DNA of 64,000 nucleotides, taken from assembly GCA_029226955.1 (NCBI GenBank), contig JAQXZA010000137.1, positions 13,005 through 77,004 on the forward strand. Reading direction: 5' to 3'. The position numbers and the translations under genes were made by a program. Below are positions 37,192 to 48,500 of this stretch, piece by piece. The notes below the pieces were generated by a model. That model was given only the letters and a program-made list of their open reading frames with translations, was not told where the DNA came from and did not search any database. The stretch is from Clostridia bacterium (GTDB lineage Bacteria > Bacillota > Clostridia > Oscillospirales > Acutalibacteraceae). Position 1 is the stretch's first letter, and each line of letters starts with the position of its first letter.

Positions 37192-37371
37192 TTAAACTTC
37201 CCCAATCCGATTTAATCAAGTAGTGTATTAACATACTATATTATCGTCTTATAGGTGAAATTTGTCAATGTTCACGCTTAAATGCTTTGAATTTCATTGA
37301 AGATACATCTTGAAAATTCCGTGTAAATATTATAATATAGTGTCATATTAAAAATCGGGAGTTGCTTTATA

Positions 37372-37473
37372 ATGTTTAAAAGACAGAAACTTATAGTTCG
37401 TATAGTATGTATTGTTCTTTGTGTGATGATGGTAATAGGTGTGTTCAGTGTATTACTATCTTCAATGGTTTAA
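37372..37473 (+). CDS. Stand-alone 33-codon hydrophobic peptide ORF (hypothetical)
   Basis: MFKRQKLIVRIVCIVLCVMMVIGVFSVLLSSMV. GGGAG SD 11 nt upstream. TTGAAA at 37310 and TATAAT at 37331 upstream. Hairpin terminator about 25 nt downstream. Confidence 0.3.
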   Translation: MFKRQKLIVRIVCIVLCVMMVIGVFSVLLSSMV

Positions 37474-37499
37474 ATTTTTAACAAATCTTTATCAAATCA

Positions 37500-37538
37500 A
37501 AACGCCCGTTGCTTTTGTGCAAAGGGCGTTTTAGTTTT
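37500..37538. terminator. Bidirectional terminator shared by the peptide ORF and the convergent SGNH gene
   Basis: Stem aaacgccc / gggcgttt with an inner ttgc/gcaa pairing. T-run downstream and A-run upstream. Confidence 0.7.
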
Positions 37539-38628
37539 AATTATGCCTTTTTCGTCTGTATAAAACAAGCAAAATGCCAACAACAGCTATAATACCAATC
37601 ACTGAACAGCCTGTAATTATCCATAGGGCAGAGTTGGTGTTTGTGTCGGATATTACCTGACTGTTTTCTGATAAACTTTTTGAAATTTCCGATACTTCTG
37701 AAACAATCTCTGATGATTGTGTTTCGCTGTTTTCTGTCTGAGAAATTCCCATTTCGTTTTCAATCAGTTTTGCAATAACGGAATGACCTTTTTTGTTCGG
37801 GTGAATATCCATTGACATAATATTTGTCAGTTCAGAGGATTTTCCTTTAAAAGCCTTTTCAGCGTCAATAATAAAAAGATTTTCAGGATTTTTTTCAGCC
37901 GATTTTCTTATTATATCGTTAAGCATAGACACAGTTTTTTCTGATATATCATACACATCTTTAAAAACAGGCATTTCATCAAAAGGATTGTATAAAGTAA
38001 GAAGATAAATATTTACAGATGGATTTGCACTGTATATTGTATCAAGTATCGAATCGAGATTTTCTTTGAAATTTTCACAGGCGGCTTTATAAGTATTTTC
38101 CGCATTTTCATTTGTACATTCGTCCTGAATCTTTTTCATAATTGTTCCGTCTGTATCAACAGCGACAATATTTACAAGAGTATTTATAACTGCATAATAA
38201 GATGATGTATCAATGTTTATTCCGTATGAATCAAGAAGTTCTGACTGGGAATCTATTGCCTGACCGACAACATTTCCAAGTGTATAGAGTAAATCATTTC
38301 CGCCGACTGACAGTATAACTGTATCGGCTGAGGATAAATATTCATCACTTATTTCTGACACACGCCAATAAATATCATAACTGGCTGCACCGTTTACAGC
38401 AAAATTAAAATAATTTTCTCCATAAACAAGACCGCACTTATCGGCAACAATATTAGCAAAGCTGTCTTTTGCGTTTTCGGGATTTTCAGATGTATAGTTT
38501 TCAAGACCGAATCCCGTTGTAATAGAATCCCCGACTATAACCATATTTTTGGGATTTTTTGCATTAACACTCAATGAAGATACAATAACAATAAACACAA
38601 TCAGAAAAATTGAAACTGTTTTTTTCAC
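37537..38628 (-). CDS. Secreted SGNH/GDSL hydrolase with a Ser/Glu-rich linker and C-terminal TM anchor
   Basis: Signal peptide. Block I VIVGDSITTG, block III GGNDL, block V DIHPNKKGH. Tail SEIVSEVSEISKSLSENSQ followed by the hydrophobic segment LWIITGCSVIGIIAVVGILLVLY. Confidence 0.85.
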   Translation of the reverse strand: MKKTVSIFLIVFIVIVSSLSVNAKNPKNMVIVGDSITTGFGLENYTSENPENAKDSFANIVADKCGLVYGENYFNFAVNGAASYDIYWRVSEISDEYLSSADTVILSVGGNDLLYTLGNVVGQAIDSQSELLDSYGINIDTSSYYAVINTLVNIVAVDTDGTIMKKIQDECTNENAENTYKAACENFKENLDSILDTIYSANPSVNIYLLTLYNPFDEMPVFKDVYDISEKTVSMLNDIIRKSAEKNPENLFIIDAEKAFKGKSSELTNIMSMDIHPNKKGHSVIAKLIENEMGISQTENSETQSSEIVSEVSEISKSLSENSQVISDTNTNSALWIITGCSVIGIIAVVGILLVLYRRKRHN

Positions 38629-38764
38629 ATAAACACTTCTTTCATTATCTTTTTATAGCTGTTAATAAAGTATTATAGCATACAAATAGAGATAAAAAAC
38701 AATTTTTTATCTGATTTAACAAATTTTACATCAAAATTTCTCTTTATATATAAAATAAAAGTCC

Positions 38765-38793
38765 TTAAAATTTCCCATATATTATGTTATAAT
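38765..38793 (+). promoter_or_regulatory. Candidate sigma-A promoter of the five-gene operon (TTAAAA-17-TATAAT with TG extension)
   Basis: TTAAAA at 38765-38770, 17-nt spacer, TGTTATAAT at 38785-38793. Lies 63 nt before ATG 38856, which has a GGGGG SD. Confidence 0.45.
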
Positions 38794-38855
38794 TATTGTA
38801 TTGATGTCATAATGCTGAAAAAGCTTTATGAAAATAAAATTTTGGGGGAAACTTA

Positions 38856-39968
38856 ATGACACAGAATTATATCAAACCGCCCGTAGAAATACGCTATGCT
38901 GATGAACTTGCGGCACTCCGCTCTGTTGATACAGGAAGAAAACCTGAAAACTGGTGTTTGTCGCCAAAAGCCGTCCGTACTTTTATACTTGGCAGTAAAC
39001 AGCCGATTGAATATAACGGACAGGAAATCACCATAAATAAAAAGTTTTTCGGTAATGATGCACTTGTAGAAAGATGTATCATAACCCTTGCCGGAAACAG
39101 AGGACTTATGCTTGTCGGTGACCCCGGCACAGCAAAAACAATGCTGTCAGAACTGTTGTCAGCCGCAATAAGCGGAATAAGCACAAATACGGTTCAGGGT
39201 ACAGCGGGAACAACGGAAGATATGATTAAATACAGTTGGAACTATGCACTTCTTCTTGCAAAAGGTCCCGTAAAAGAGGCACTTGTTCCGTCACCGCTTT
39301 ATGTAGGAATGTCAAAGGGAATAATAACAAGATTTGAAGAAATAACAAGAACACCGGCGGAAATTCAGGATAGCCTTATTTCCGTAATGAGTGATAAAGT
39401 TCTGAATATTCCCGAACTTGAAGATGACGGACTGCTTTTTGCAAAGCCGGGATTTAATATCATAGGTACGGCAAATACTCGTGACAAAGGCGTAAATGAA
39501 ATGTCAAGTGCATTAAAAAGACGTTTTAACTTTGAAACGGTAAATCCTGTAAATGATGTAAGACTTGAAAAACAGATTATTATAAATGAAGTTGAACAAA
39601 CGGCACTGGCAAATAAAATTGAAATGCCCGTTGATACTGACGTTGCCGAACTGCTTGCCTCAACATATCACGAATTGCGTGAGGGAGTGTCCGACACGGG
39701 AATAAAAATTGATAAGCCGTCAGCGGTAATGAGTACGGCAGAGGCAGTGTCGGTTTATTATCAGACCTTGTCAGATGCGTGGTACTATGAAAAAAATAAA
39801 ATGAGTCTTGGAAACCTTACGGAAAATCTCAACAATGCCGTATGCAAGGACTCAAAAGACGACCTTTCAAAGCTCAAAAGCTATTTCAACACTGTTGTCA
39901 AAGCTAAATCCGAAAAAGTTGGTGGAATATGGAAAGAATTTTACGAAACAAGGAAATATTTAAAATAA
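38856..39968 (+). CDS. MoxR/AAA_5-like AAA+ ATPase (YehL-like)
   Basis: Walker A GDPGTAKT (39117-39140), Walker B-like IITRFEEI, sensor GTANTRD, Arg-finger context SSALKRRF. Confidence 0.85.
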   Translation: MTQNYIKPPVEIRYADELAALRSVDTGRKPENWCLSPKAVRTFILGSKQPIEYNGQEITINKKFFGNDALVERCIITLAGNRGLMLVGDPGTAKTMLSELLSAAISGISTNTVQGTAGTTEDMIKYSWNYALLLAKGPVKEALVPSPLYVGMSKGIITRFEEITRTPAEIQDSLISVMSDKVLNIPELEDDGLLFAKPGFNIIGTANTRDKGVNEMSSALKRRFNFETVNPVNDVRLEKQIIINEVEQTALANKIEMPVDTDVAELLASTYHELREGVSDTGIKIDKPSAVMSTAEAVSVYYQTLSDAWYYEKNKMSLGNLTENLNNAVCKDSKDDLSKLKSYFNTVVKAKSEKVGGIWKEFYETRKYLK

Positions 39969-42352
39969 TACCGTTTGATTATTCCGATAATATACTGTTT
40001 TTTCCGATAAGACACCACAGTCCAGCCTGTTCTTATCATCTTATGAACGCTATCAGAGAATACAATCCTGACTGTATTCTTGTTGAAGGACCGCAGAACG
40101 CAAACAGACTTATTCCCGTACTGACTGACGATAATACGGAACTGCCTGTTGCATTTTATTATTTTTATAAGGATACGGCAAAATTAGTCAGTGAAGAACA
40201 AAAGGATTATAAATGCTACTATCCGTTCCTTGACGCTTCACCCGAATATAACGCACTTAATTATGCAATAAAAACAAACACAGAGTGCAGTTTTATTGAT
40301 TTGCCCTATGGTGAAATACTTATAAATACAGCCGAAAATTCAGGTATGCGTGAAGACAGAGAAATTCAGAGCTACAATGACGACAGTTGTCTTTCGGAAA
40401 ATGATTTTTTCAAAGCCTTATGCGAAAAAACAGGTATGCGTAATTTTGAAGAATTTTGGGAAAATTTCTTTGAAATAGACGCTCTTTCACTGAGTACAGA
40501 GGACTTTGTTGCAAGAATGATGTCATACTGTTATCTTTCAAGGCAAGACACGCCCTATGAAAATATGCAGAATGACGGTTGTATTGTCCGTGAACAGTAT
40601 ATGGCAAAAAAAATAAAAGAATATTCTGAAAAATACAAACGTATTCTTGTTGTCACAGGCGGATTTCATACATACGGACTTTATACTCTTTTAAATTCAT
40701 CAGAAAAAATCCCTGAGGTTACTATTCATAATTTTGATGAAAAAACACAGAATGTTTTTGCAATGGCATATTCGCTTGAAGCGGCAGACGCACTCAACGG
40801 ATATGCGTCAGGTATGCAGAATCCGGGATTTTACGATAAAGTATGGAAATCTTTAAAAAATCAGCAGGATATTTCGTCAGATGTCTATAATAATGCCGTG
40901 CTTGAAACCTTGCTTTCAACGGCGAAAAAAGCCAGTAAACAAAATCTTCTTATAACAATGTCAGATATTTCATCTGCTGTAACAATGTATGAGGGACTTG
41001 CACTTATGCGTAATAAAAAAGCGGCGGGACTGTATGAGTTATATGACAGCGTACAGAGTTGTTTTATCAAAGGCGAACTTAATTTATCAAGCGAACTTCC
41101 GCTGAAAATACTTTCAAAAATCGCAACAGGTGACACAATAGGAAAACTTTGTCCGACAGCCGAAAAAAGTCCGCTTATCATTGATTTTGAAGATAACTGT
41201 CATAAATACGGTCTTAAAGCCGATACCGTTTTAGAACAGAAAATCGAGCTTGATATTTTTGCAAAGCCAAAACATATGAACATAAGCCGTTTCTTTTATC
41301 GTGTAAATTTTCTCAAAACGAATTTTGCAAAGCGTATAAAGGGTGCTGATGTTGTCAACGGTACTGACCGCAGTCGTATAAGAGAACAGTGGAAATACAG
41401 CCGCAGTATAGAAACCGATTCAGCACTGATAGATGCGAATATATACGGTGCAACAATAGAAGAGGCGTGTAAGGTATTGTCTGCATCACAAATTTCATCA
41501 GAAACAAGCTGTTGTGAGGCGGCAAAACTCTATGTTGAATGTTTTCTTATGAATATTGATGTTTCCGAAAAATTCTATGACAGAATGAACGATATTATCA
41601 TAGATGACGGTGATTTCTTTTCAATCGGAAAAGGCATATATTATTTCAATATGCTTTTGTCCTTAAAGAAACTTTATAATTCAGATGATGAGATTGTAAA
41701 TATCTTTTTATCAAAGTGCTTTCAGAAAATCCTTATAATGCTTCCGTCAATGATGAACATAAATCCCGACCGTTCACAAGAATGTATAAAAATCTGTAAA
41801 ATGCTTTATACGCTTGTGTCGGGCGGTCTGTTCAAAAATGAATATGAAACGCTTTTTGAAACATTCAGAACAATGTCACAAATACCAAATCCCGAACCGT
41901 CACTTTACGGTGCTGTTCTCGGACTTTTGTACGGAAACGATGTTTCTTATAAAGCCGAAATAAACAAGGCTTTAAACGGCTATCTTTCGGGCAGTGCGGA
42001 AATGCACCGACAAGGTGCGTCATTTATTCGTGGATTGTTTTATACAGCACGTGATATTGTTCTTGTCGGAAATGAATTTGTAAAGATGATTAACATACTT
42101 ATACAAAGTCTTTCCATTGACGATTTTATGGAAATTCTTCCTGAATTTAAACTTGCGTTCAGTTATTTTACACCGTCTGAAATCAACGATACAGCGGAAA
42201 AAGTAGCCGCCCTTTACGACAAAAAGGGAACGGATATAACAAAAAGCAGTGATTTTTATACAGAGCTTTATGCGGAAGGTTCAAAACTTGAAGAAGAAAT
42301 CTGTGCCGAAATCGAGAAAATGCAGAACGGAAAATTACAGGAGGCAGACTGA
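39929..42352 (+). CDS. Large conserved protein of unknown function (YehM-like; DUF5682-type, assigned from memory)
   Basis: 807 aa. The N-terminal signature FFPIRHHSPACSYHL...ILVEGP is as I recall for YehM homologues. Overlaps the upstream gene by 40 nt and the downstream gene by 1 nt. Confidence 0.65.
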   Translation: MERILRNKEIFKIIPFDYSDNILFFPIRHHSPACSYHLMNAIREYNPDCILVEGPQNANRLIPVLTDDNTELPVAFYYFYKDTAKLVSEEQKDYKCYYPFLDASPEYNALNYAIKTNTECSFIDLPYGEILINTAENSGMREDREIQSYNDDSCLSENDFFKALCEKTGMRNFEEFWENFFEIDALSLSTEDFVARMMSYCYLSRQDTPYENMQNDGCIVREQYMAKKIKEYSEKYKRILVVTGGFHTYGLYTLLNSSEKIPEVTIHNFDEKTQNVFAMAYSLEAADALNGYASGMQNPGFYDKVWKSLKNQQDISSDVYNNAVLETLLSTAKKASKQNLLITMSDISSAVTMYEGLALMRNKKAAGLYELYDSVQSCFIKGELNLSSELPLKILSKIATGDTIGKLCPTAEKSPLIIDFEDNCHKYGLKADTVLEQKIELDIFAKPKHMNISRFFYRVNFLKTNFAKRIKGADVVNGTDRSRIREQWKYSRSIETDSALIDANIYGATIEEACKVLSASQISSETSCCEAAKLYVECFLMNIDVSEKFYDRMNDIIIDDGDFFSIGKGIYYFNMLLSLKKLYNSDDEIVNIFLSKCFQKILIMLPSMMNINPDRSQECIKICKMLYTLVSGGLFKNEYETLFETFRTMSQIPNPEPSLYGAVLGLLYGNDVSYKAEINKALNGYLSGSAEMHRQGASFIRGLFYTARDIVLVGNEFVKMINILIQSLSIDDFMEILPEFKLAFSYFTPSEINDTAEKVAALYDKKGTDITKSSDFYTELYAEGSKLEEEICAEIEKMQNGKLQEAD

Positions 42353-43485
42353 TGAATAACATTCGTGAAGATGAAGAAAATCTGAATAAATGGCGGCTTA
42401 TACTCGGAAAAAATGCCGCAAATCATATAAATTTTTACGGAGAATTTTCCGACAACATTTCATATCAGGATATGGAAGAAACGCTTGATTATCTTTATTC
42501 TATGGAATACGGCGACGATTTACTGAGAAACGGCGGTCAGGGTGATTCACGGCTTTATACGGCTGACTGGATAAACAAGGTACGCAGAATGTTCCCGAAA
42601 AAAACGGTTGAAATTCTCGAAAAACAGGCTCTTGAACATTTTAATTTAACGGAACTTCTCACGGACAAACAAGTCCTTGAAAAAATGGAGCCTAATATGG
42701 ATTTGCTCAAAACGATTCTTGAATTTAAACATCTTATGAAAAATGATGTTGTTGAGGCGGCAAAAAGACTTGTCAGAAAAATTGTTGATGAACTCACCGA
42801 AAAAATGAAAACAGATATTCGCAAGTCACTTTTGGGAAAACTTAACCGCAATATGCCGTCAAACGTAAAATCAATGCGAAACCTTGACATAAAACGCACA
42901 ATACAGCGAAATCTGAAAAACTACGATGTTGAAAATAACCGTATTGTGCTTAAAGATATATATTTCAGCAGTCGTACAAAAAGATACAACAAATGGAATA
43001 TCATAATTGCTGTTGACGAAAGCGGTTCAATGCTTGAATCGGTAATTTATAGTGCGATTATGGCGGGAATTTTCGCAAAACTTCCTATGATTGATACAAA
43101 GCTGATAATATTCGATACAAATATTGTTGACCTGAGCGGATATGTTGATGACCCTGTTGAAGTGCTTATGGGAGTACAGCTTGGCGGCGGAACAGATATA
43201 GGCAAGGCTCTGTCATACTGTGAAACTCTTTGCAGTAGTCCGAATAATACTATTTTTGTAACCGTAACCGACCTTTATGAAGGCGGATATGTCGGAACAC
43301 TTCTGAGTACCTGTGCAGAAATAATAACAGGCGGAAGTAAGATGATTTTTCTCACAGCACTTGACGGTGACGCTAATCCGGCATACGACAAAAATATCGG
43401 TCAGAAACTTGCAGATATGGGAGCATTTGTCGGAGCAATGACACCCGAACAGCTTGGTGATTATATAGGAAAAATGATTAACTGA
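42352..43485 (+). CDS. VWA-domain protein, CoxE/YehP-like
   Basis: MIDAS motif DESGS (43015-43029) in IIIAVDESGSM, then GGGTDIGKAL and VTDLYEGG. The N-terminal helical region is as in CoxE-type VWA proteins. Confidence 0.85.
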   Translation: MNNIREDEENLNKWRLILGKNAANHINFYGEFSDNISYQDMEETLDYLYSMEYGDDLLRNGGQGDSRLYTADWINKVRRMFPKKTVEILEKQALEHFNLTELLTDKQVLEKMEPNMDLLKTILEFKHLMKNDVVEAAKRLVRKIVDELTEKMKTDIRKSLLGKLNRNMPSNVKSMRNLDIKRTIQRNLKNYDVENNRIVLKDIYFSSRTKRYNKWNIIIAVDESGSMLESVIYSAIMAGIFAKLPMIDTKLIIFDTNIVDLSGYVDDPVEVLMGVQLGGGTDIGKALSYCETLCSSPNNTIFVTVTDLYEGGYVGTLLSTCAEIITGGSKMIFLTALDGDANPAYDKNIGQKLADMGAFVGAMTPEQLGDYIGKMIN

Positions 43486-43512
43486 TAACCGATAACTGAA
43501 AGAAGTGAATTT

Positions 43513-45558
43513 ATGCAGGAATTACAAAATGCACTCAGCGTAGCAGATGATGATTATCTTATTGCTCTTGCGAATAAAGGAATATTAAAGCGTTCATATA
43601 AAGACCTTGAAACCGCTGAAATTTCCGCAGAATATACCGACACCACCGCAGAAGTAACGGTGTCGGGCGAAAAATGCACAATCACCGTGCCGCTTGCCGA
43701 AAGCAAATGCACCTGTCCGTCAAGGAGTATTTGCCGACATATAATAACGTCAATTTTATGGCTGAAAAATAATTCAAACAATACTGTAAATACTGAAAGT
43801 GGCGAAAATCAGCAAACGCAAGATAACGTTTCAGAAAATACAGATACAAAAATTTCTGACGAACTGATAAACGAACTTACATCATTTCCGTTGCAAACAA
43901 TTCAGAAAGCAATGAAAAAACAGTATTATTCGGAATTTGTATATGATGCAGAAAAGGGAATACTGCCTGAAATAGAGGAAACATCTGTCCTTTCGGTAAA
44001 ATTTCCGAAAGAGGATATGACGGTCAGACTTATTTCACCTTTGGAATATTCCACCTGTACCTGTCACAGCCTGAAATTATGCAAACATAAAGCGGCGGCA
44101 ATTCTTGCGTGGCAGTTAAAGCATAAAATCATCACACCTGAAACTATGTTGACAAACACCGAACCCACAACTCGTATTGATGTAAGCAAAGTACACTCAG
44201 CCGCCGAAACCGTAAGAAATTTTCTTTTTGATATTCTTTCAAACGGACTCGTAAGACTTTCCGACGATATATCTGACAGGGCGGAATATGCGTCAACAAT
44301 TTGTCACAATGCACGACTTGCAGATTGTGAAAGACTTATGCGTGAAATAGGAAACCGAATACAAAGTTATATAGACCATACGGCAGATTTTAATACTGAT
44401 ATTCTGTTTTCAGTGATTATGGATTGCATAATTCTTCTTGAAAAAATACTCAGAACAGATGACCAGAAACTGCTTTCATCATATCTCGGCGAATTTAAAA
44501 GCAGTTATTCGCTGACTGATACGCTTGAACTTATTCCTATGGCGAAAAGGCATTTTTCGTCAGCCTCAGGCTATGAAGGAACTATTTATTATTTTTTGAA
44601 TAAAGATAAAAACGGTCATTATCCTTTTTTGTCATATTCATATATTATGCCGAAATATTATGGTTCATCAAGACGTAACAAACGTTCTTCTGCACCGTGG
44701 GGACTTGGCGGTGAAATGGACGACATTATGGGACGTGAACTCCGTCTGAAAAATCCGAAATTGTCGGGAAACAAAATTTCATCATCAAATGATACAAAGG
44801 CTGAAATTCTTGAAAAAGTAAATCTCAATCAGCCAATCGTATATGACCGTATATATACTGACTTTGAAAAAATGCTGTATGAGGTTTTCAGAAATGAAAT
44901 ATTTTCCGACATTGAAAAACTTGTTCTTGTTGCCCCTAAAAGATGCGTCAGCTCAAAATCCGACACAATAACCCAGTCACATCAGATTGTTATTGAAGAC
45001 TATTGCGGTCATTATCTGACAGTAAAGACAAAATATAAAAGCGACAGTAAGGATTTCTTTGCCCTTTTACAGCGAATAGGTGACATTATGCAGGAAAATC
45101 CTGAACAGCAGTATGTTATTTTTGCCAATACATATATTCAGAACGGTCATTGTTATCTTTACCCGATAGCAATTTATGACCACATTGATATTCCACGAAA
45201 TATGACGGAGGAAAAACCCGAAATAACTTTCAAGCCGTCAGAAACACTTTCGTTACTGTCAAAGCTGATGTTTGAAATAAGGTCGATATTATGCGATATA
45301 ATACAATGTGGTATAAATTCCTTTGACCTTTACGAACAGATAAACGACTATTCAGCCGAATGTACAAAGTCAGGACTTATTGTGCTTGGCGACAAGCTGA
45401 AAAAAGCGTATGAACTGTTCAAAGCCAAAAATCACACATACGACAACGACAATACCGACATAATAAATATTCTTACCGAAATATATACATATCTTTCGAT
45501 AGGAATACAGAAGACAGAAATAAAACAGGCAAATAATAATTTATATGAGGAGAATTGA
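43513..45558 (+). CDS. Double SWIM zinc-finger protein (YehQ-like)
   Basis: Two CxCx5CxH motifs: CTCPSRSICRH (43708-43740) and CTCHSLKLCKH (44056-44088). The remaining roughly 480 aa are helical with no motif I recognise. Confidence 0.8.
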   Translation: MQELQNALSVADDDYLIALANKGILKRSYKDLETAEISAEYTDTTAEVTVSGEKCTITVPLAESKCTCPSRSICRHIITSILWLKNNSNNTVNTESGENQQTQDNVSENTDTKISDELINELTSFPLQTIQKAMKKQYYSEFVYDAEKGILPEIEETSVLSVKFPKEDMTVRLISPLEYSTCTCHSLKLCKHKAAAILAWQLKHKIITPETMLTNTEPTTRIDVSKVHSAAETVRNFLFDILSNGLVRLSDDISDRAEYASTICHNARLADCERLMREIGNRIQSYIDHTADFNTDILFSVIMDCIILLEKILRTDDQKLLSSYLGEFKSSYSLTDTLELIPMAKRHFSSASGYEGTIYYFLNKDKNGHYPFLSYSYIMPKYYGSSRRNKRSSAPWGLGGEMDDIMGRELRLKNPKLSGNKISSSNDTKAEILEKVNLNQPIVYDRIYTDFEKMLYEVFRNEIFSDIEKLVLVAPKRCVSSKSDTITQSHQIVIEDYCGHYLTVKTKYKSDSKDFFALLQRIGDIMQENPEQQYVIFANTYIQNGHCYLYPIAIYDHIDIPRNMTEEKPEITFKPSETLSLLSKLMFEIRSILCDIIQCGINSFDLYEQINDYSAECTKSGLIVLGDKLKKAYELFKAKNHTYDNDNTDIINILTEIYTYLSIGIQKTEIKQANNNLYEEN

Positions 45559-45560
45559 AA

Positions 45561-48500
45561 ATGGATTTACTTAACAACAAGTCAGCAGACAAAAACAGCA
45601 GAATGAAAGCGGAAATACTGGACATTCTCGGCGGAATGAATATTTTGCCGGACAATATGAAAATTGCGGAGCAGTTTTTTGATTTTGATAAAGAACTTGA
45701 CATAGAACTCCTGAAAAAATTAAAATTTCAGGATATGTCATCGCTCAAATATTACACTAAATCACAAACTTTTATCCGAAAAATAAAGGAAAGCTGTGAA
45801 TACAGTGACGGGTATATACTTTTCCTTGACCAGCTTGGTCATAACACTGTCTATAATCTGCTTTCTTATAGTTTTGATAATGATTATTTTTGGTCAAGTA
45901 ATCTTAAAAAAATTGTTGACCACGCACTCGCAAGACGATACACCAGTGATGAAATAATATCGGTTATAGCTGCACTGATTGCAGAAAGAAGTGGTGCGGA
46001 ATATTATTCAAATCGTCTTTATAATTTAGCAAAAGAAAATCCGCTTGCTTTGTTGAAATCAGGAAGATATTATTGTCACGGACAGTATGCCAATGCGTCA
46101 TTAAAGCTTTATTCATTCGCACTTGCATTTATTGAACCAATCAACAAAGCTACCGACGACAACAAGGAACTCAAAGAATGTATTGATTATGCCTGTACGA
46201 GAATATATGATGTATCAAAAGGAAGCAAATCCGACTGGAAATATAAAAATATTGCCAAATTTCTTGGCTCGGTATGTTTTATGTCATATCACCACAGCAA
46301 AAAAACAGAAGAAATCCTGAAAGATATAGTCGTTACAAATAAAAAACACTTTATTAACGGTGTATTGGATTTTGTTCCGACTGCCTATTTTGAAAAAAAT
46401 ACGGATAAATTCTTTGAACTCCTGAATCTTGACAAAAATCCGTCTTTTCTTACCGAATGTTTATATCATGTTGTTAACTTTGGAAACTATTATCCGCTTT
46501 TAACAAATAACAAAAAAATCTTCCTTGCATATATTGCAAAGAAATATCCCGAAACATATACAGAAATAATGCGTGCAAGAACTATAATGATTGACGGTAA
46601 ATCCTGTGATAATGATGCGGTTTATTCGTATGATTACCTGTATGACATTCTTAAAGCCAACAATCCTGACGCTGTAACAAAATACAATGTCGATATTGAT
46701 GCCGATATTCTTAAAATGATTATTGAAGATGAACAGTGTTGGACAGACTGTAAAACAGAAATAGAGGAGTATCTTTCAGGCAAATGTGATTCTTCCGTTC
46801 TCGAACAGGTGTCGGATAAATTAAGCTGTGACAGTGCAAATATCAACAGTTATGGTGTAAACAATTCGTGGCAAAGAGTGAATAATCACCGTCATCATCT
46901 GGATTGTCTGGTGTTTAATAATTGTGATTTCAGAAAACGCCTTGTTATCCTTAAAATGTACCAAAACGACTTTGCAACGATAAGAAACTGGTTTTACAGA
47001 ACTGACAAAAAATTATCATTTACGGAAATTGCAAACATACTTATTTCCGAAAAAATGCCTGTATCAGTCCGTTTTTCATCTTATGAAAACTTTACAACAA
47101 ATTCATATTTTACTGACCAGCAAAAAACAGAGGAAGAAGAACAGCTTTCAAGAGTAATGGCTGAACACAGTGCTGAATTTGACAGTGACTATGAACAGGT
47201 TTGTAAAAACGGTAAATTGCTTGCAAGAAAGCTGTATGTACGCTATCTTGGTCTTTCAGATAAAGATGACAGCAACAAAGACAGACTGCTTTCAATGTTT
47301 GCCGATTCATCAAAGGAAGTCAGGGAGCTTGTCGCAAAAGCCGCTTCACAGCATAAAAACTATGAATCCGAAGTTCTTTCAATGCTTGAATCTAAAAAAT
47401 CCGCAATCCGTGAAACAGCCGTAGATGTTCTTTCTATATGGGGTGCAAACAATTATAAAGATATTCTTCTTGGTGTTGCCGAAAATGAAAAAAGTGCAAA
47501 GCTGAAAGAAAAAATCAATAGAGTTCTTAATATCACAACCACAGTCGAAACTCAGGGTGATGAGGCTTTTTCGCCTATGCTTTTTGTTGACAGCATACAT
47601 AAGGGCGGCAAAGCCAAAAAATTACAGTGGCTTTATGAAACACCAAACGGCACTGTTCACTTTAAGAACGGCAATGTTGCAGAAGATAAATATATTCAGG
47701 CAATACTTCTTTGCTATGCAGATATGTCAAATCCCGGAGTTAATGAAAATGCCGCACTTCTTGCACAGGAGCTTAACGAACAGGAACTCAACAAATATGC
47801 CGAAACAATCTTCTCAAAATGGACAGCACAGGGAGCAGAGGCAAAGAAAAAGTGGGTACTGTATTTTTGTGCAATTCACGGCGGATATAATATGATAGCG
47901 GTTTTGCTGAATTATATCAAAGAATGGGCAGAAAATGCACGTGGTGCAATAGCGTCAGAGGCGGTTCGTGCAATAGCTTGCAACGGCAGTTCAGAGGCAC
48001 TTATGAGCGTTGATAATATTGCTCATAAATTCAAACATAAACAAGTAAAGAGTGCCGCAGTAAAGGCACTTGATGATGCCGCTGAGGAACTTGGAATAAC
48101 AAGTGACGAACTTGGTGACAGAATAGTACCCGACCTTAGCTTTGACGAGAATATGGAACGTGTATTTGACTATGGCACAAGAAAATTCAAAGTATATCTT
48201 ACACCAACGCTTGAACTTGAAGTTTTTGACGAAAGTAACAAAAAGCTGAAAACACTTCCGTCGCCGGCAAAGAAAGACGACGAAACAATAGCTAAACAGT
48301 CAAATGCCGATTTTAAAGCAATGAAAAAGCAACTCAAAAATGTTGTTTCAATTCAGAAACTCCGCCTTGAAACCGCACTTCTTGCCGACAGAAGATGGAC
48401 TGTTGAAAACTGGAATAATCTCTTTGTAAAGAACCCTGTAATGCACAGTTTTGCAATAGGACTTATATGGGCGGCTTATGAAAACGATACACTTGTGCAG

